Shown one piece after another: positions 8,168-17,274 of a stretch of 28,256 bases of DNA. The notes under the pieces were generated by a model that saw only the letters and a list, made by a program, of their open reading frames with translations, was not told the origin of the DNA and did no database searches. Position 1 is the first letter of the stretch. Each line of letters begins with the position of its first letter. Source of the DNA: Chitinophagaceae bacterium. GTDB lineage: Bacteria > Bacteroidota > Bacteroidia > Chitinophagales > Chitinophagaceae. A program made the translations under genes and the position numbers. The DNA lies in NCBI GenBank assembly GCA_036383615.1, contig DASVNY010000082.1, positions 1 to 28,256 of the forward strand, written 5' to 3'.

Positions 8168-9122
8168 TACGGTGCAGGACATGGGTCGCATCGGTTACCA
8201 GCATCTCGGGATCAATCCCGGTGGTGCCATGGATAAATATGCGGCGCAAATAGCCAATATTCTTGTTGGCAACGACAGCACTGAAGGCGTTATTGAATTA
8301 CACTTTCCTTCTTCCTCATTCATATTTGAACAACCTGCACTGATCGCATTAAGCGGTGCCGATTTTAAAGCAAGCATTAACGGAGAAGAAGTGCCCACCT
8401 TACATCCTCTTTTGCTTGATAAGTATAGCATACTACAGTTTCATGCTATTAAAAATGGAGCAAGAGCTTATATCGCTGTACACGGTGGTTTTGAAATAGA
8501 AAAATGGCTGGGCAGTTACAGCACGCATATTAAGGTGGAGAAAGGTGGTGTGAATGGCAGGGCCTTAAAATCTGACGATGAAATTGCAATCCGCAGAAAA
8601 TCAAAACTGCCTTTTATTAAACATGAAGATGAATTTTATGTGTTGCCCTGGAAAGCGGATACAAACTGGGGGGATCCTTTTGAAAAACATATTGCCATAT
8701 TAGCGGGTCATGAATGGAACCGGCTGACGGATGAAGCAAAGAAAAAATTCCATTGTGGCTCATTGAGTATCACCCGTCGTTCGGACAGGATGGGTTATCG
8801 TTTAAAAGGTGATCCCGTGCAGGTAATAACAAATGAAGAAGTTGTTTCTTCCGCTGTGGGTTTTGGTACGATCCAATTATTACCCGATGGCCAGTTGATC
8901 GTGTTGATGGCAGATCATCAAACAACAGGCGGCTATCCGCGGCTGGCGCATGTGATCACTGCGCATCATTCAAGAATGGCACAAATGAAACCCGGCGATT
9001 CGGTTTCATTCAAACTGACCGATCAGCAAACAGCCGAGAAATTGTATTTAAAACAACAGCAGCATTTAGCGCAACTGCGAAATGCCTGTACTTTCAAGCT
9101 TGAACAATTTTTAAAGCCGTGA
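8133..9122 (+). CDS. pxpC: 5-oxoprolinase subunit C
   Basis: DTVQDMGR.G....GI.PGGAMD, SDRMGYRL, GTIQL.PDGQLIVLMADHQTTGGYP. Confidence 0.92.
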   Translation: MSLRVIKGGILDTVQDMGRIGYQHLGINPGGAMDKYAAQIANILVGNDSTEGVIELHFPSSSFIFEQPALIALSGADFKASINGEEVPTLHPLLLDKYSILQFHAIKNGARAYIAVHGGFEIEKWLGSYSTHIKVEKGGVNGRALKSDDEIAIRRKSKLPFIKHEDEFYVLPWKADTNWGDPFEKHIAILAGHEWNRLTDEAKKKFHCGSLSITRRSDRMGYRLKGDPVQVITNEEVVSSAVGFGTIQLLPDGQLIVLMADHQTTGGYPRLAHVITAHHSRMAQMKPGDSVSFKLTDQQTAEKLYLKQQQHLAQLRNACTFKLEQFLKP

Positions 9123-9901
9123 CTCCTATAAAAAAATACTTTGACAAATTAAGTGACTCGTCGGAAACCCCCTCCTCCGGAGGGGGCTTGGGGGCGGCTG
9201 ATATTAACTGTGATATGGGAGAGGGTATTGGCAATGATGAAGCCATCATGCCTTATATTCATTCAGCCAATATCGCCTGTGGCTATCATGCCGGTGATGA
9301 AAAAACGATGTGGCAAACTATCGAGCTTGCACTAAAACATAATGTTCACGTAGGCGCACATGTTTCTTTTTTAGATCGAAAGAATTTTGGCCGTTCCGAA
9401 ATGAATTTGCCTGTCGAAGATATTTATGAGCTGGTGCAGCAACAACTGATCCTGCTCAATGAAATTGCAGATTCGTTTGAGGTAAACATCCATCATGTAA
9501 AACCTCATGGAGCATTATATAACATGTCGGCAAAAAGCCCTGCCATCGCAAAAGCCATTGCGGCTGCTGTAAAAGACTATGATGCGGGTCTTATTCTTTT
9601 TGGATTGAGTGGCAGTTGTTCTATTGAAGAAGCAAAAACAATTGGACTAAAAACAGCCAGCGAGGTTTTTGCTGATCGCACCTACCAGGATGATGGTTCA
9701 TTAACGTCGCGAACAGCAGCCCATGCGCTTATTGAAGATGTTGACAAAGCAGTCAAACAGGTCATACAAATGATAAAAAAGGGAACTGTAACATCTGTTA
9801 ATGGTAAAACAATTCCAATTCTTGCAGAAACAATCTGTATTCATGGCGATGGTAAACACGCTGTTTCATTTGCAAAAGCTATAAAAGATGCAACCAGATA
9901 A
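9119..9901 (+). CDS. pxpA: 5-oxoprolinase subunit A (LamB/YcsF family) with an N-terminal extension containing a REP-like palindrome
   Basis: DINCDMGEG, SANIACGYHAGD, HVKPHGALYN, EVFADRTY and TICIHGDG; GTGA overlap with the pxpC stop. Confidence 0.92.
   Translation: MTPIKKYFDKLSDSSETPSSGGGLGAADINCDMGEGIGNDEAIMPYIHSANIACGYHAGDEKTMWQTIELALKHNVHVGAHVSFLDRKNFGRSEMNLPVEDIYELVQQQLILLNEIADSFEVNIHHVKPHGALYNMSAKSPAIAKAIAAAVKDYDAGLILFGLSGSCSIEEAKTIGLKTASEVFADRTYQDDGSLTSRTAAHALIEDVDKAVKQVIQMIKKGTVTSVNGKTIPILAETICIHGDGKHAVSFAKAIKDATR
9168..9196 (+). repeat. GC-rich REP-like palindrome in frame within the pxpA 5' end
   Basis: ccccctcc-tcc-ggaggggg (perfect 8-bp stem) followed by cttgggggcg. Confidence 0.7.
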
Positions 9902-11123
9902 AAGCAATTCCACTACTAAACGACCTAAGCCCCCCTTGGGGGGGACGGGGGCTAACTCTGCAATACTTGGCGCTGCTTTTTTAATGGCCACTTCAGCTAT
10001 TGGCCCCGGCTTTCTTACGCAAACAAGTTTATTTACTGAGCAATTGCTCACCAGTTTTGGTTTTGTCATACTCATTTCTATCCTGCTTGATATCGGCGCT
10101 CAATTAAATATCTGGCGCATTGTCAGTATCAGTGAGAACAGGGCACAGGATATTGCAAATAAAGTATTACCCGGTTTGGGGTTTTTTCTTGCCGGCCTCA
10201 TTGCTTTTGGCGGCCTGGTATTCAATATTGGTAATATCGCGGGAACAGGTTTGGGAATAAATGTATTGACAGGTATCAAACCTGAATACGGAGCTGTTAT
10301 CAGTTGCCTCATCGCATTGGGCATCTTCTGGTATAAAGAAGCTGGTAAGCTGATCGATAATTTTTCAAAACTGCTTGGGTTTCTCATGATCGGTCTCACA
10401 ATCTATATCGCTTTTGCATCCAATCCACCTGTTGGCGAAGCATTGTATAGAACAATATGGCCCGAAAAAATTGATGTGATGAAGATCGTGACGCTGGTTG
10501 GCGGCACCGTTGGTGGTTATATTTCTTTTGCCGGTGCACATCGCCTGCTCGACGCAGGAGTGAAAGGAAAAGAAAATTTACCGCAGGTAACCAACAGTGC
10601 TGTGAGTGGTATCGTCATAACATCTGTCATGCGCTTTGTTTTGTTTTTGGCAGCATTGGGTGTGGTTTCGCAGGGAATAAAATTAGCAGCCGGCAATCCT
10701 GCCGCTTCGGTATTTCAATCTGCAGCTGGTGAGATCGGTTATAAATTTTTCGGGATCGTATTATGGAGTGCTGCTATCACTTCAGTAGTGGGAGCATCTT
10801 ATACCTCTGTTTCATTTTGGAAAACATTGGTGCCTGCAGTAGAAAAGCATGAAAAGATCATCATCAGTCTTTTTATTATTCTCTCAACAGTAATATTTGT
10901 ATTCATCGGCAACCCGGTGAATTTGCTTATACTGGCTGGTGCAGTAAATGGCATCATTCTTCCCATTGCTTTAGCAGTTATCTTAATCGCTGCTACAAAA
11001 GCTACCATCGTTAATAATTACAAGCATCCCTTATTGCTTCAATTGTTTGGCTGGATAGTCGTGGCTGTTATGAGCTGGATGAGCTGGTTAACGATAGAAC
11101 AGAGTTGGGGGAAGTTGTTTTAG
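9888..11123 (+). CDS. NRAMP-family (YcsG-like) transporter of the pxp operon
   Basis: GAAFLMATSAIGPGFLTQT, LDIGAQLNIWR, FNIGNIAG and GGTVGGYI; about 11 TM segments; typical pxp neighbour. Confidence 0.88.
   Translation: MQPDKSNSTTKRPKPPLGGTGANSAILGAAFLMATSAIGPGFLTQTSLFTEQLLTSFGFVILISILLDIGAQLNIWRIVSISENRAQDIANKVLPGLGFFLAGLIAFGGLVFNIGNIAGTGLGINVLTGIKPEYGAVISCLIALGIFWYKEAGKLIDNFSKLLGFLMIGLTIYIAFASNPPVGEALYRTIWPEKIDVMKIVTLVGGTVGGYISFAGAHRLLDAGVKGKENLPQVTNSAVSGIVITSVMRFVLFLAALGVVSQGIKLAAGNPAASVFQSAAGEIGYKFFGIVLWSAAITSVVGASYTSVSFWKTLVPAVEKHEKIIISLFIILSTVIFVFIGNPVNLLILAGAVNGIILPIALAVILIAATKATIVNNYKHPLLLQLFGWIVVAVMSWMSWLTIEQSWGKLF
9929..9952 (+). repeat. Second GC-rich REP-like palindrome in frame within the transporter 5' end
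   Basis: gcccccc-tt-ggggggg-acgggggc, encoding PPLGGTG. Confidence 0.7.
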
Positions 11124-11331
11124 CATGTTGCTGGATTATGAATTTTACCTGATTATCAGTGAGAAAATATATCAGCAGTAGCATATTATTTATGTGTCTT
11201 CGTCAATGCCTAACAGTTAGCTAATCCATTCATTTTAATTCACAATTGACAGAGTAAATCGTTAATAAATCTGCTCTTAAAAAGCTAGTCTAAAAGTTTA
11301 AATTGCACAATTACTAAACATATCGGAATTA

Positions 11332-12432
11332 GTGAGTTACTACGATAAAACAAGGGAGTTAATTCAAAAAGTACCAACCACAATAATAAACTGGGAAATT
11401 GAAAGAAAAAGAGGAAAGCCGCCTACCCAGGCTTTTTCAGAATTTCTTACCAATAGAGAACAAGGTGATTGGGCGGAAAATCTAATCTTGCAGGCAATCA
11501 ATGCACTGTCAAAAAAATATGTAGCAGTGCAATATGGCAAGTCAGAAAACATTATTGCTGGCGAACCAGGATTTGAGGAATTTTATGAGCAATATCAAGA
11601 TGAGCTGGAAAGCATAGGTAAAAGGCCAGATGTATTATTGTTTTCCAAAGAGGTTTATTCGGAAGCATGGGGAAATAACATAAGCAATTTCTCTAAAGAG
11701 CAATTGAATGAAATAGTTCCATTGGCTAAAGCCGGAATTGAAGTTAGGTCAAGTGCGTTTTTAGTTGAAGAATACGCCGGGTTTATGCAACAACGGAAGA
11801 GTGAATTAATCGGCAGAGTGCTTCAACTCAAAGCAACCTTGTTAGAAAAATATCACGACATCCTTAGTCAAAAAGCAGGATGGATTGAAAGTCTAAACGC
11901 CATAACTACAGGAACTATTGGTGTTTTAGAAATTAAAGATGCTCCCGGTTGGAGAGGTTCGGAAGAACTCAAAGCCGCAAGTGACCTAATTAAAGAAATA
12001 AATAGCGCCTTGAAAGAATTTAAGAAAAGGGATTTTCTTAGTATTACACCTAAGGTTGAAGATTTGAAAGTTGTATTTAAATGGATTGAAACTTATAATG
12101 TACCACATTATTATTTTCAAGTTTTCTTCGATAAAGTTTATGGCATTTCCTTTCATAAAATACTGGAATTAATATCAACCCCTGAACTAGAAGGAAATAA
12201 ATACTTTATTGGTGATGAGGATAGTAAAAACCAGAACAAATGGACCGTAAAAATTGATTATAAAGAAGGAGAAGAAGTAGCATTTAAGGTTGATATGCCA
12301 AATCATAGCAGTGTAATGCGAAAATTAGGGCGTGGCAGATTACTATTTCATGTCAGATTTAATGGGGGAACTGCCTATTTAGATGTAAATAAATTACGTT
12401 CGATTTTAGGAATAAATGAAACTGAATTTTGA
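11332..12432 (+). CDS. Type II restriction endonuclease, AccI family
   Basis: 366 aa; PTQAFSEFLTNREQGDWAE, IGKRPD.L, GIEVRSSAF, RDFLSITPKVEDLKVV.KWI.T.NVPH.YFQVFFDK.YGISF and RGRLLF.V.F.GG.AYLD match AccI as recalled; GTG start. Confidence 0.85.
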   Translation: MSYYDKTRELIQKVPTTIINWEIERKRGKPPTQAFSEFLTNREQGDWAENLILQAINALSKKYVAVQYGKSENIIAGEPGFEEFYEQYQDELESIGKRPDVLLFSKEVYSEAWGNNISNFSKEQLNEIVPLAKAGIEVRSSAFLVEEYAGFMQQRKSELIGRVLQLKATLLEKYHDILSQKAGWIESLNAITTGTIGVLEIKDAPGWRGSEELKAASDLIKEINSALKEFKKRDFLSITPKVEDLKVVFKWIETYNVPHYYFQVFFDKVYGISFHKILELISTPELEGNKYFIGDEDSKNQNKWTVKIDYKEGEEVAFKVDMPNHSSVMRKLGRGRLLFHVRFNGGTAYLDVNKLRSILGINETEF

Positions 12433-14033
12433 TGACAACAGCAAAGGCATACACAGCTTCAAATGATATTGAAAGTGAGTATTCAAAATTTACTTCAATA
12501 GAGCATAGAAAAAAATTTGCTCAGTTTTTTACCCCCTTCCCCATTGCCAACCTTATGGCAAAATGGCTCTTAGGAAATGAACAACTAAAAGATGTGTTAG
12601 AGCCAGCATTTGGTTTAGGTGTGTTTTCAAGAGCATTATTAAATCACAAAGAAGATCTAAACATCAAGGGCTTTGAGATTGACTCTAACATCTTTGAAAA
12701 ATCCAAGAATATTTTTGAAGACTACGAAAACGTAAATCTTCAACAAGGTGATTACATGTATAATGATTGGGAAAATAAATATGATGGGATTATTTGCAAC
12801 CCTCCTTATTTCAAATTTCATGATTATGATAATAAAAATATCCTGAAGGAAATTGAAGAAAAAATATCTTGGAAGTTAAATGGGTTTACAAATCTTTATT
12901 CATTATTTCTTTTAAAATCAATACATCAATTAAACAGCGGTGGTAGAGCTGCATATATTATCCCCTCCGAATTTCTTAATTCTGATTATGGCACATTAGT
13001 TAAATCATATCTTATTAAAAGCAAAACACTACGTCATATAATTGTGGTGGATTTTGAAGAAAATGTATTTGACGACGCCTTAACAACTGCGTCAATAGTG
13101 CTTTGTGCTAATGATGATAAATCAGGAACAGTTCAATTTAGTAATGTAACCACTCTTGGTGATTTACATAAAATCGGTAGTTTAATAGAAAGTTACCCTA
13201 ATCATTTATTAACTACTCAAATCATAAAACTTGAAGACCTTGACCCGGAGATAAAATGGAGAGCATACTATCAGGAACTAAATGCAATTAAATTTAAACA
13301 TCTTGTTTCGTTCGCAAACTATGGAAAGGTTGTTCGTGGAATAGCAACTGGCTCAAACGAGTATTTTACATTTAATGCATCAAAAGCTCAAGAATATAAA
13401 ATTGATGCTAAATATCTTTTGCCGTGTATCTGCAAAGCTGCAGATGCAAAAAGTTCTTTCTTTACAAAGGAAAGCTTTGAGGAGCTTAAAGCAAATGACA
13501 AATCTGTATTCCTTTTAAATGCTAAAAATCCAACGGGTGAACATATCAAACGCTATATAGAAATTGGAGAAGAACAAGAGATAAATAAAAAATTCCTGAC
13601 TGCTTGCAGAAATCCGTGGTATTCGTTGGAAAATAGACCTCCGTCACCTATTTGGGTTTCAGTTTTTAATCGTAATGGGCTTCGTTTTATACGCAACGAA
13701 GCCGGGCTGTCAAATCTAACGGCATTTCATTGTATCTACTTAAATATGTTCTCTTCCCCTAAGACAGACTTACTTTTTGCTTATCTCTTAACAGACGTTT
13801 CAAGACAAATTTTCGAAGATAATAGACGAGAATACGGAAATGGACTTCAAAAATTTGAACCAAATGATATTAACAGAGCAAAAATGTTAGACTTAGAGCA
13901 AGTTGAACCTGACACGGAAAAAAGAATTTTAGAATACTATCACTTATACAGACAATCTGTTCTCAATAAAAAAACAGACGACAGTTTCATTAGTCAAATA
14001 AATGACATTTTTATTGAGCAATTCGCTTTATAA
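12432..14033 (+). CDS. Cognate N6-adenine DNA methyltransferase (gamma class, M.AccI-like)
   Basis: KKFAQFFTP, motif I (LEPAFGLGVF) before motif IV (NPPY), YIIPSEFLN and C-terminal target-recognition domain; TGATG overlap with the endonuclease stop. Confidence 0.9.
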   Translation: MTTAKAYTASNDIESEYSKFTSIEHRKKFAQFFTPFPIANLMAKWLLGNEQLKDVLEPAFGLGVFSRALLNHKEDLNIKGFEIDSNIFEKSKNIFEDYENVNLQQGDYMYNDWENKYDGIICNPPYFKFHDYDNKNILKEIEEKISWKLNGFTNLYSLFLLKSIHQLNSGGRAAYIIPSEFLNSDYGTLVKSYLIKSKTLRHIIVVDFEENVFDDALTTASIVLCANDDKSGTVQFSNVTTLGDLHKIGSLIESYPNHLLTTQIIKLEDLDPEIKWRAYYQELNAIKFKHLVSFANYGKVVRGIATGSNEYFTFNASKAQEYKIDAKYLLPCICKAADAKSSFFTKESFEELKANDKSVFLLNAKNPTGEHIKRYIEIGEEQEINKKFLTACRNPWYSLENRPPSPIWVSVFNRNGLRFIRNEAGLSNLTAFHCIYLNMFSSPKTDLLFAYLLTDVSRQIFEDNRREYGNGLQKFEPNDINRAKMLDLEQVEPDTEKRILEYYHLYRQSVLNKKTDDSFISQINDIFIEQFAL

Positions 14034-14313
14034 ATTTGCTTACATATTGCACAGGGAAGTATGAAGCCATAGCAAGGGTATTGCTAAAATGCAGCCTGGC
14101 TGAAACTATGTTTCAACTGTAATAGTTCTGCCTGGGTTGTATCTCCAGGTTAACATATCCATAATAAAAAGAAGACTCAAACAACTACAAATGATAATCT
14201 TCTTGTGATCTCCTTTTCACTTTTAATTATTGGACTGCTGTTTCAAATAGGTTCTAATAGTGAAGTATCTCTTGCCTTTTGATAGGAGCTCCGTTGATTA
14301 ATTAAAGGAAGTT

Positions 14314-14355
14314 GAACTTCTAAACAAAACAACTTCGGCCTTTTAAACAAAGCCA
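14314..14355 (+). promoter_or_regulatory. Tandem TAAACAAA operator upstream of the SDR gene (candidate AraC site)
   Basis: taaacaaaacaacttcggccttttaaacaaagcca, nearly identical to 16481-16516. Confidence 0.65.
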
Positions 14356-14401
14356 GTCGTTCTTAATCTTGTCAATTTTGTTTCAACAAAAAACAAATTG
14401 T

Positions 14402-15397
14402 ATGAGACAGAATAATTATGAAGGTGCATTACAGCATCCGATCGGCTCAGGGTTCAACGCCACAAGCACAACCAATGATGTGATCAAAGGGATAGGCCTA
14501 AAAGGAAAAGTTGCTATCGTAACGGGCGGCAATGCCGGTATTGGTCTTGAAACCACCAAAACACTGGCAGCCGCCGGCGCCACCGTGATCGTTCCGGTAA
14601 GGGATATGAAAAAAGCCGTGCAGAATTTGAACGGCATTCCTAATGTGGAACTGGGGATAATGGACCTGATGGATCCCTCTTCCATTGATGCTTTTGCCGA
14701 AAGGTTTTTGACGTCGGGCTCAGCGCTTCATTTGCTGATCAATAATGCCGGCATTATGTGGGTGCCATTGCGCAGGGATAGGCGTGGTATCGAATCACAA
14801 CTCGCCACAAATTATTTGGGCCAATTTCATCTTACAGCCAAACTATGGCCGGCACTTAAAAAAGCAAATGGAGCAAGAGTGATCAACGTATCATCTCATG
14901 GACATCATTTTGCTCCTTTCAATTTTGATGACCCGAATTTTCTTTATAGAGAATATGAAACACTGCAGGCTTATGGCCAATCAAAAACAGCCAGCAATTT
15001 ATTTGCCCTTGAATTGGATAATCGCAGCAAAGCATCTAACGTGAGAGCTTACTCATTACATCCCGGTTCTATCGGTGGAACAGAACTGGCAAGAGAAGCA
15101 CCATTGGAATTATTTATCAGGTTGGGGTTTTGTGACGCTAATGGCAATATTCTCCCGGAAGTAGCCGCCAGTTTAAAAACAATACCACAAGGCGCTGCCA
15201 CAACTGTTTGGTGTGCTACCAGTCCCCTGCTTAATAATATCGGGGGTGTGTATTGCGAAGATGCCGAGATCGCTGAATTGGATGGAGTAAACAACTCGCC
15301 ATCAGGTGTGCATCCTTATTCGCTGGATGAACTGAGCGCAAAAAGACTCTGGGCGTTAAGCGAGAAAATGACAGGCATCACATTTCGCCCTGAATGA
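14402..15397 (+). CDS. Short-chain dehydrogenase/reductase (retinol-dehydrogenase-like)
   Basis: TGGNAGIG, LINNAG, catalytic YGQSK (YxxxK) and LHPG. Confidence 0.92.
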   Translation: MRQNNYEGALQHPIGSGFNATSTTNDVIKGIGLKGKVAIVTGGNAGIGLETTKTLAAAGATVIVPVRDMKKAVQNLNGIPNVELGIMDLMDPSSIDAFAERFLTSGSALHLLINNAGIMWVPLRRDRRGIESQLATNYLGQFHLTAKLWPALKKANGARVINVSSHGHHFAPFNFDDPNFLYREYETLQAYGQSKTASNLFALELDNRSKASNVRAYSLHPGSIGGTELAREAPLELFIRLGFCDANGNILPEVAASLKTIPQGAATTVWCATSPLLNNIGGVYCEDAEIAELDGVNNSPSGVHPYSLDELSAKRLWALSEKMTGITFRPE

Positions 15398-15429
15398 TGC
15401 CTATTTTTTAATTTTAGACGGTGATAGTT

Positions 15430-15493
15430 CCTGCGGATTGAACAGATATTATCAGCGTGATCTGCGTTCAGATCAGCGAAAATCTGCGGAAAA
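15430..15493. repeat. CGCAGAT-family palindromic element upstream of araC
   Basis: tgcggat/aacagat, then atcagcg, atctgcg, atcagcg and atctgcg at spacings 9, 12 and 10. Confidence 0.8.
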
Positions 15494-15509
15494 CCCCAAA
15501 AAGATCAAC

Positions 15510-16325
15510 ATGGAATACACGGCAAAATATATAACTCCCGATATCAAACTCTCCTGTTACGAGGATAGGTTCTTTAAATCGGATATCATGTTTGAGGAGC
15601 ATATACTGGTTTGGTTCATATCCGGTGAAACAAAGATCGTACAGGCTGATGCGACTTTCTGGTTCAAACCTGGTGATATTTTTTTGATCCCAAGAAATCA
15701 ACTCGCGACTATTCTTAATTATCCAAAGGATGGTAAGCCGCATAAGACTGTTACCATGCATCTCACCACGGAAAAGCTAAGAGAGTTTTATGCTGACATG
15801 CCAATAAAACCCAAAGCAACAATCTCTCAAAAGATCCGCCATTTCAACAATCACCCTTTGCTGGAAAGCTGCTTGGCTTCGCTTATTCCCTATTTTGAAA
15901 TGAAAGACATCCCGGAAAATATCGCATCACTTAAATTGACAGAAGCCATCAGCATTCTGCGGGCCATCGATAAAGAGATCGATGATATACTTGCCAACTT
16001 TGAAGAACCCGGCAAGATCGACCTGGTCAGCTACATGGAAAAGAATTTCATGTTCAATATGCCCATGGAAAAATTTGGTTACCTCACAGGAAGAAGCCTC
16101 ACAACTTTCAAACGGGATTTTAAAAAAGCTTTTAATACCACTCCACAAAAATGGCTCACACAAAAAAGGTTGGAGCTGGCACATTACCATTTTGTTGAAA
16201 AGAAGACCAAGCCAATTGATGTTTGTTATGAAGTGGGTTTTGAGAACCTTTCTCATTTTTCTTACGCATTCAAAAAACATTTTGGCTATGCGCCTACGCA
16301 ATTACTTGAAAGAGTAAGCCATTGA
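15510..16325 (+). CDS. AraC family transcriptional regulator
   Basis: C-terminal double HTH: LTGRSLTTFKRDFKK...PQKWL.QKRL...VGFENLSHFS.AFKK.FG. Confidence 0.93.
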   Translation: MEYTAKYITPDIKLSCYEDRFFKSDIMFEEHILVWFISGETKIVQADATFWFKPGDIFLIPRNQLATILNYPKDGKPHKTVTMHLTTEKLREFYADMPIKPKATISQKIRHFNNHPLLESCLASLIPYFEMKDIPENIASLKLTEAISILRAIDKEIDDILANFEEPGKIDLVSYMEKNFMFNMPMEKFGYLTGRSLTTFKRDFKKAFNTTPQKWLTQKRLELAHYHFVEKKTKPIDVCYEVGFENLSHFSYAFKKHFGYAPTQLLERVSH

Positions 16326-16343
16326 GGGGATAGTGATACAGCT

Positions 16344-16444
16344 TGAATGTTTTCCCGCAGATTTTCGCAGATTTAATCGCAGATCACGCAGATACTATCT
16401 GTGATTTAGTAAAATATCTGCGCAGATCAGCGGGAAAACATTCA
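16344..16444. repeat. MITE/REP-like element with perfect 15-bp terminal inverted repeats and internal CGCAGAT units
   Basis: tgaatgttttcccgc (16344-16358) and gcgggaaaacattca (16430-16444); cgcagat at 16356, 16366, 16378 and 16387. Confidence 0.88.
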
Positions 16445-16473
16445 CACGATCCACTACTCGCTAACTCTACATT

Positions 16474-16541
16474 GGCCCTTTAAGCAAAACAAATCAGGCC
16501 CTTTAAACAAAGTCACCGGGTAAAGCTCATTGTAGATTTGT
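16474..16541 (+). promoter_or_regulatory. Tandem operator plus -7 box upstream of the DUF2652 gene
   Basis: ggccctttaagcaaa...ggcccctttaaacaaagtca, followed by TAGATTTG (TAnnTTTG). Confidence 0.65.
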
Positions 16542-16559
16542 TTATCAAAACAATTTGAA

Positions 16560-17195
16560 ATGGAATACACGAATTATCAAAAATTGATCGCCATGAGCCA
16601 GGGTGTTTTTAACGGGCTATTGTTTATTCCCGATATCAGCGGGTTCACAGAACTTGTTCGTTCTACCGATGTGCTCACCGGCAAACGGATCACCTACGAA
16701 TTGCTTTCGGCAGTGATCGGTCAAAATAATCTTCAATTAAATATTGCAGAAGTGGAAGGTGATGCCGTGTTGTTTTATCGTTCAGGCACTGCTCCTTCAC
16801 TTTGTGAGTTGACAGAGCAGTACCAGTTAATGGCCAGTGCTTTTGAATCCAGGCGTAAAGAACTGGAAAGTGCTTTTTCATTTCCACTGAACCTTTCTTT
16901 AAAGGTTATTGCACATTATGGTGCCATGACAGAATATAAAATTGGCCCTTTTAAAAAATTGTATGGTGAAGTGGTTGTAGAAGCTCATCGCCTGCTTAAA
17001 AACTCGATCAATAGTGATAGCTATCTTTTACTGACTGATTCTTTATTAGAAACAGCAGGCCTTGTAAATGATGAAGAGTTGGCAGAGCATGGTATTCGGT
17101 CAAACAAACTTTGTGAAGTGTATGGGAAGATGAGAAATATCTGCTTTACCTATTTTGATTTCAGCGAAGAAAGAATATTAAAACAAGTGGCCTGA
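16560..17195 (+). CDS. DUF2652 family protein (class III nucleotidyl-cyclase-like fold)
   Basis: LFIPDISGFT, EVEGDAVLFY, LSLKVIAHYG and KLYGEVVVEAHRLLKN. Confidence 0.85.
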   Translation: MEYTNYQKLIAMSQGVFNGLLFIPDISGFTELVRSTDVLTGKRITYELLSAVIGQNNLQLNIAEVEGDAVLFYRSGTAPSLCELTEQYQLMASAFESRRKELESAFSFPLNLSLKVIAHYGAMTEYKIGPFKKLYGEVVVEAHRLLKNSINSDSYLLLTDSLLETAGLVNDEELAEHGIRSNKLCEVYGKMRNICFTYFDFSEERILKQVA

Positions 17196-17208
17196 TCATT
17201 TCATACAA

Positions 17209-17248
17209 AAACAAAAGCCCAACCATAGGGTAAGTTGAGCTTTTTGTT
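17209..17248. terminator. Bidirectional terminator between convergent genes
   Basis: aaacaaaagcccaac...gttgagctttttgtt, with A and T tracts on either side. Confidence 0.7.
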
Positions 17249-17274
17249 AATCATCCATCCTTGTGTGTGTCCAA

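Noticed and set aside
11207-11222. gcctaac-a-gttagct as an integron attC-like core at the left edge of the RM module
   Set aside because: There is no intervening hairpin, the right core is imperfect, no second site was found after the methyltransferase, and no integrase is present.
14034-14310. Possible gene remnant or controller ORF after the methyltransferase
   Set aside because: The frames examined close quickly; only short hairpins (cctgg..ccagg) were seen and no family was recognisable.
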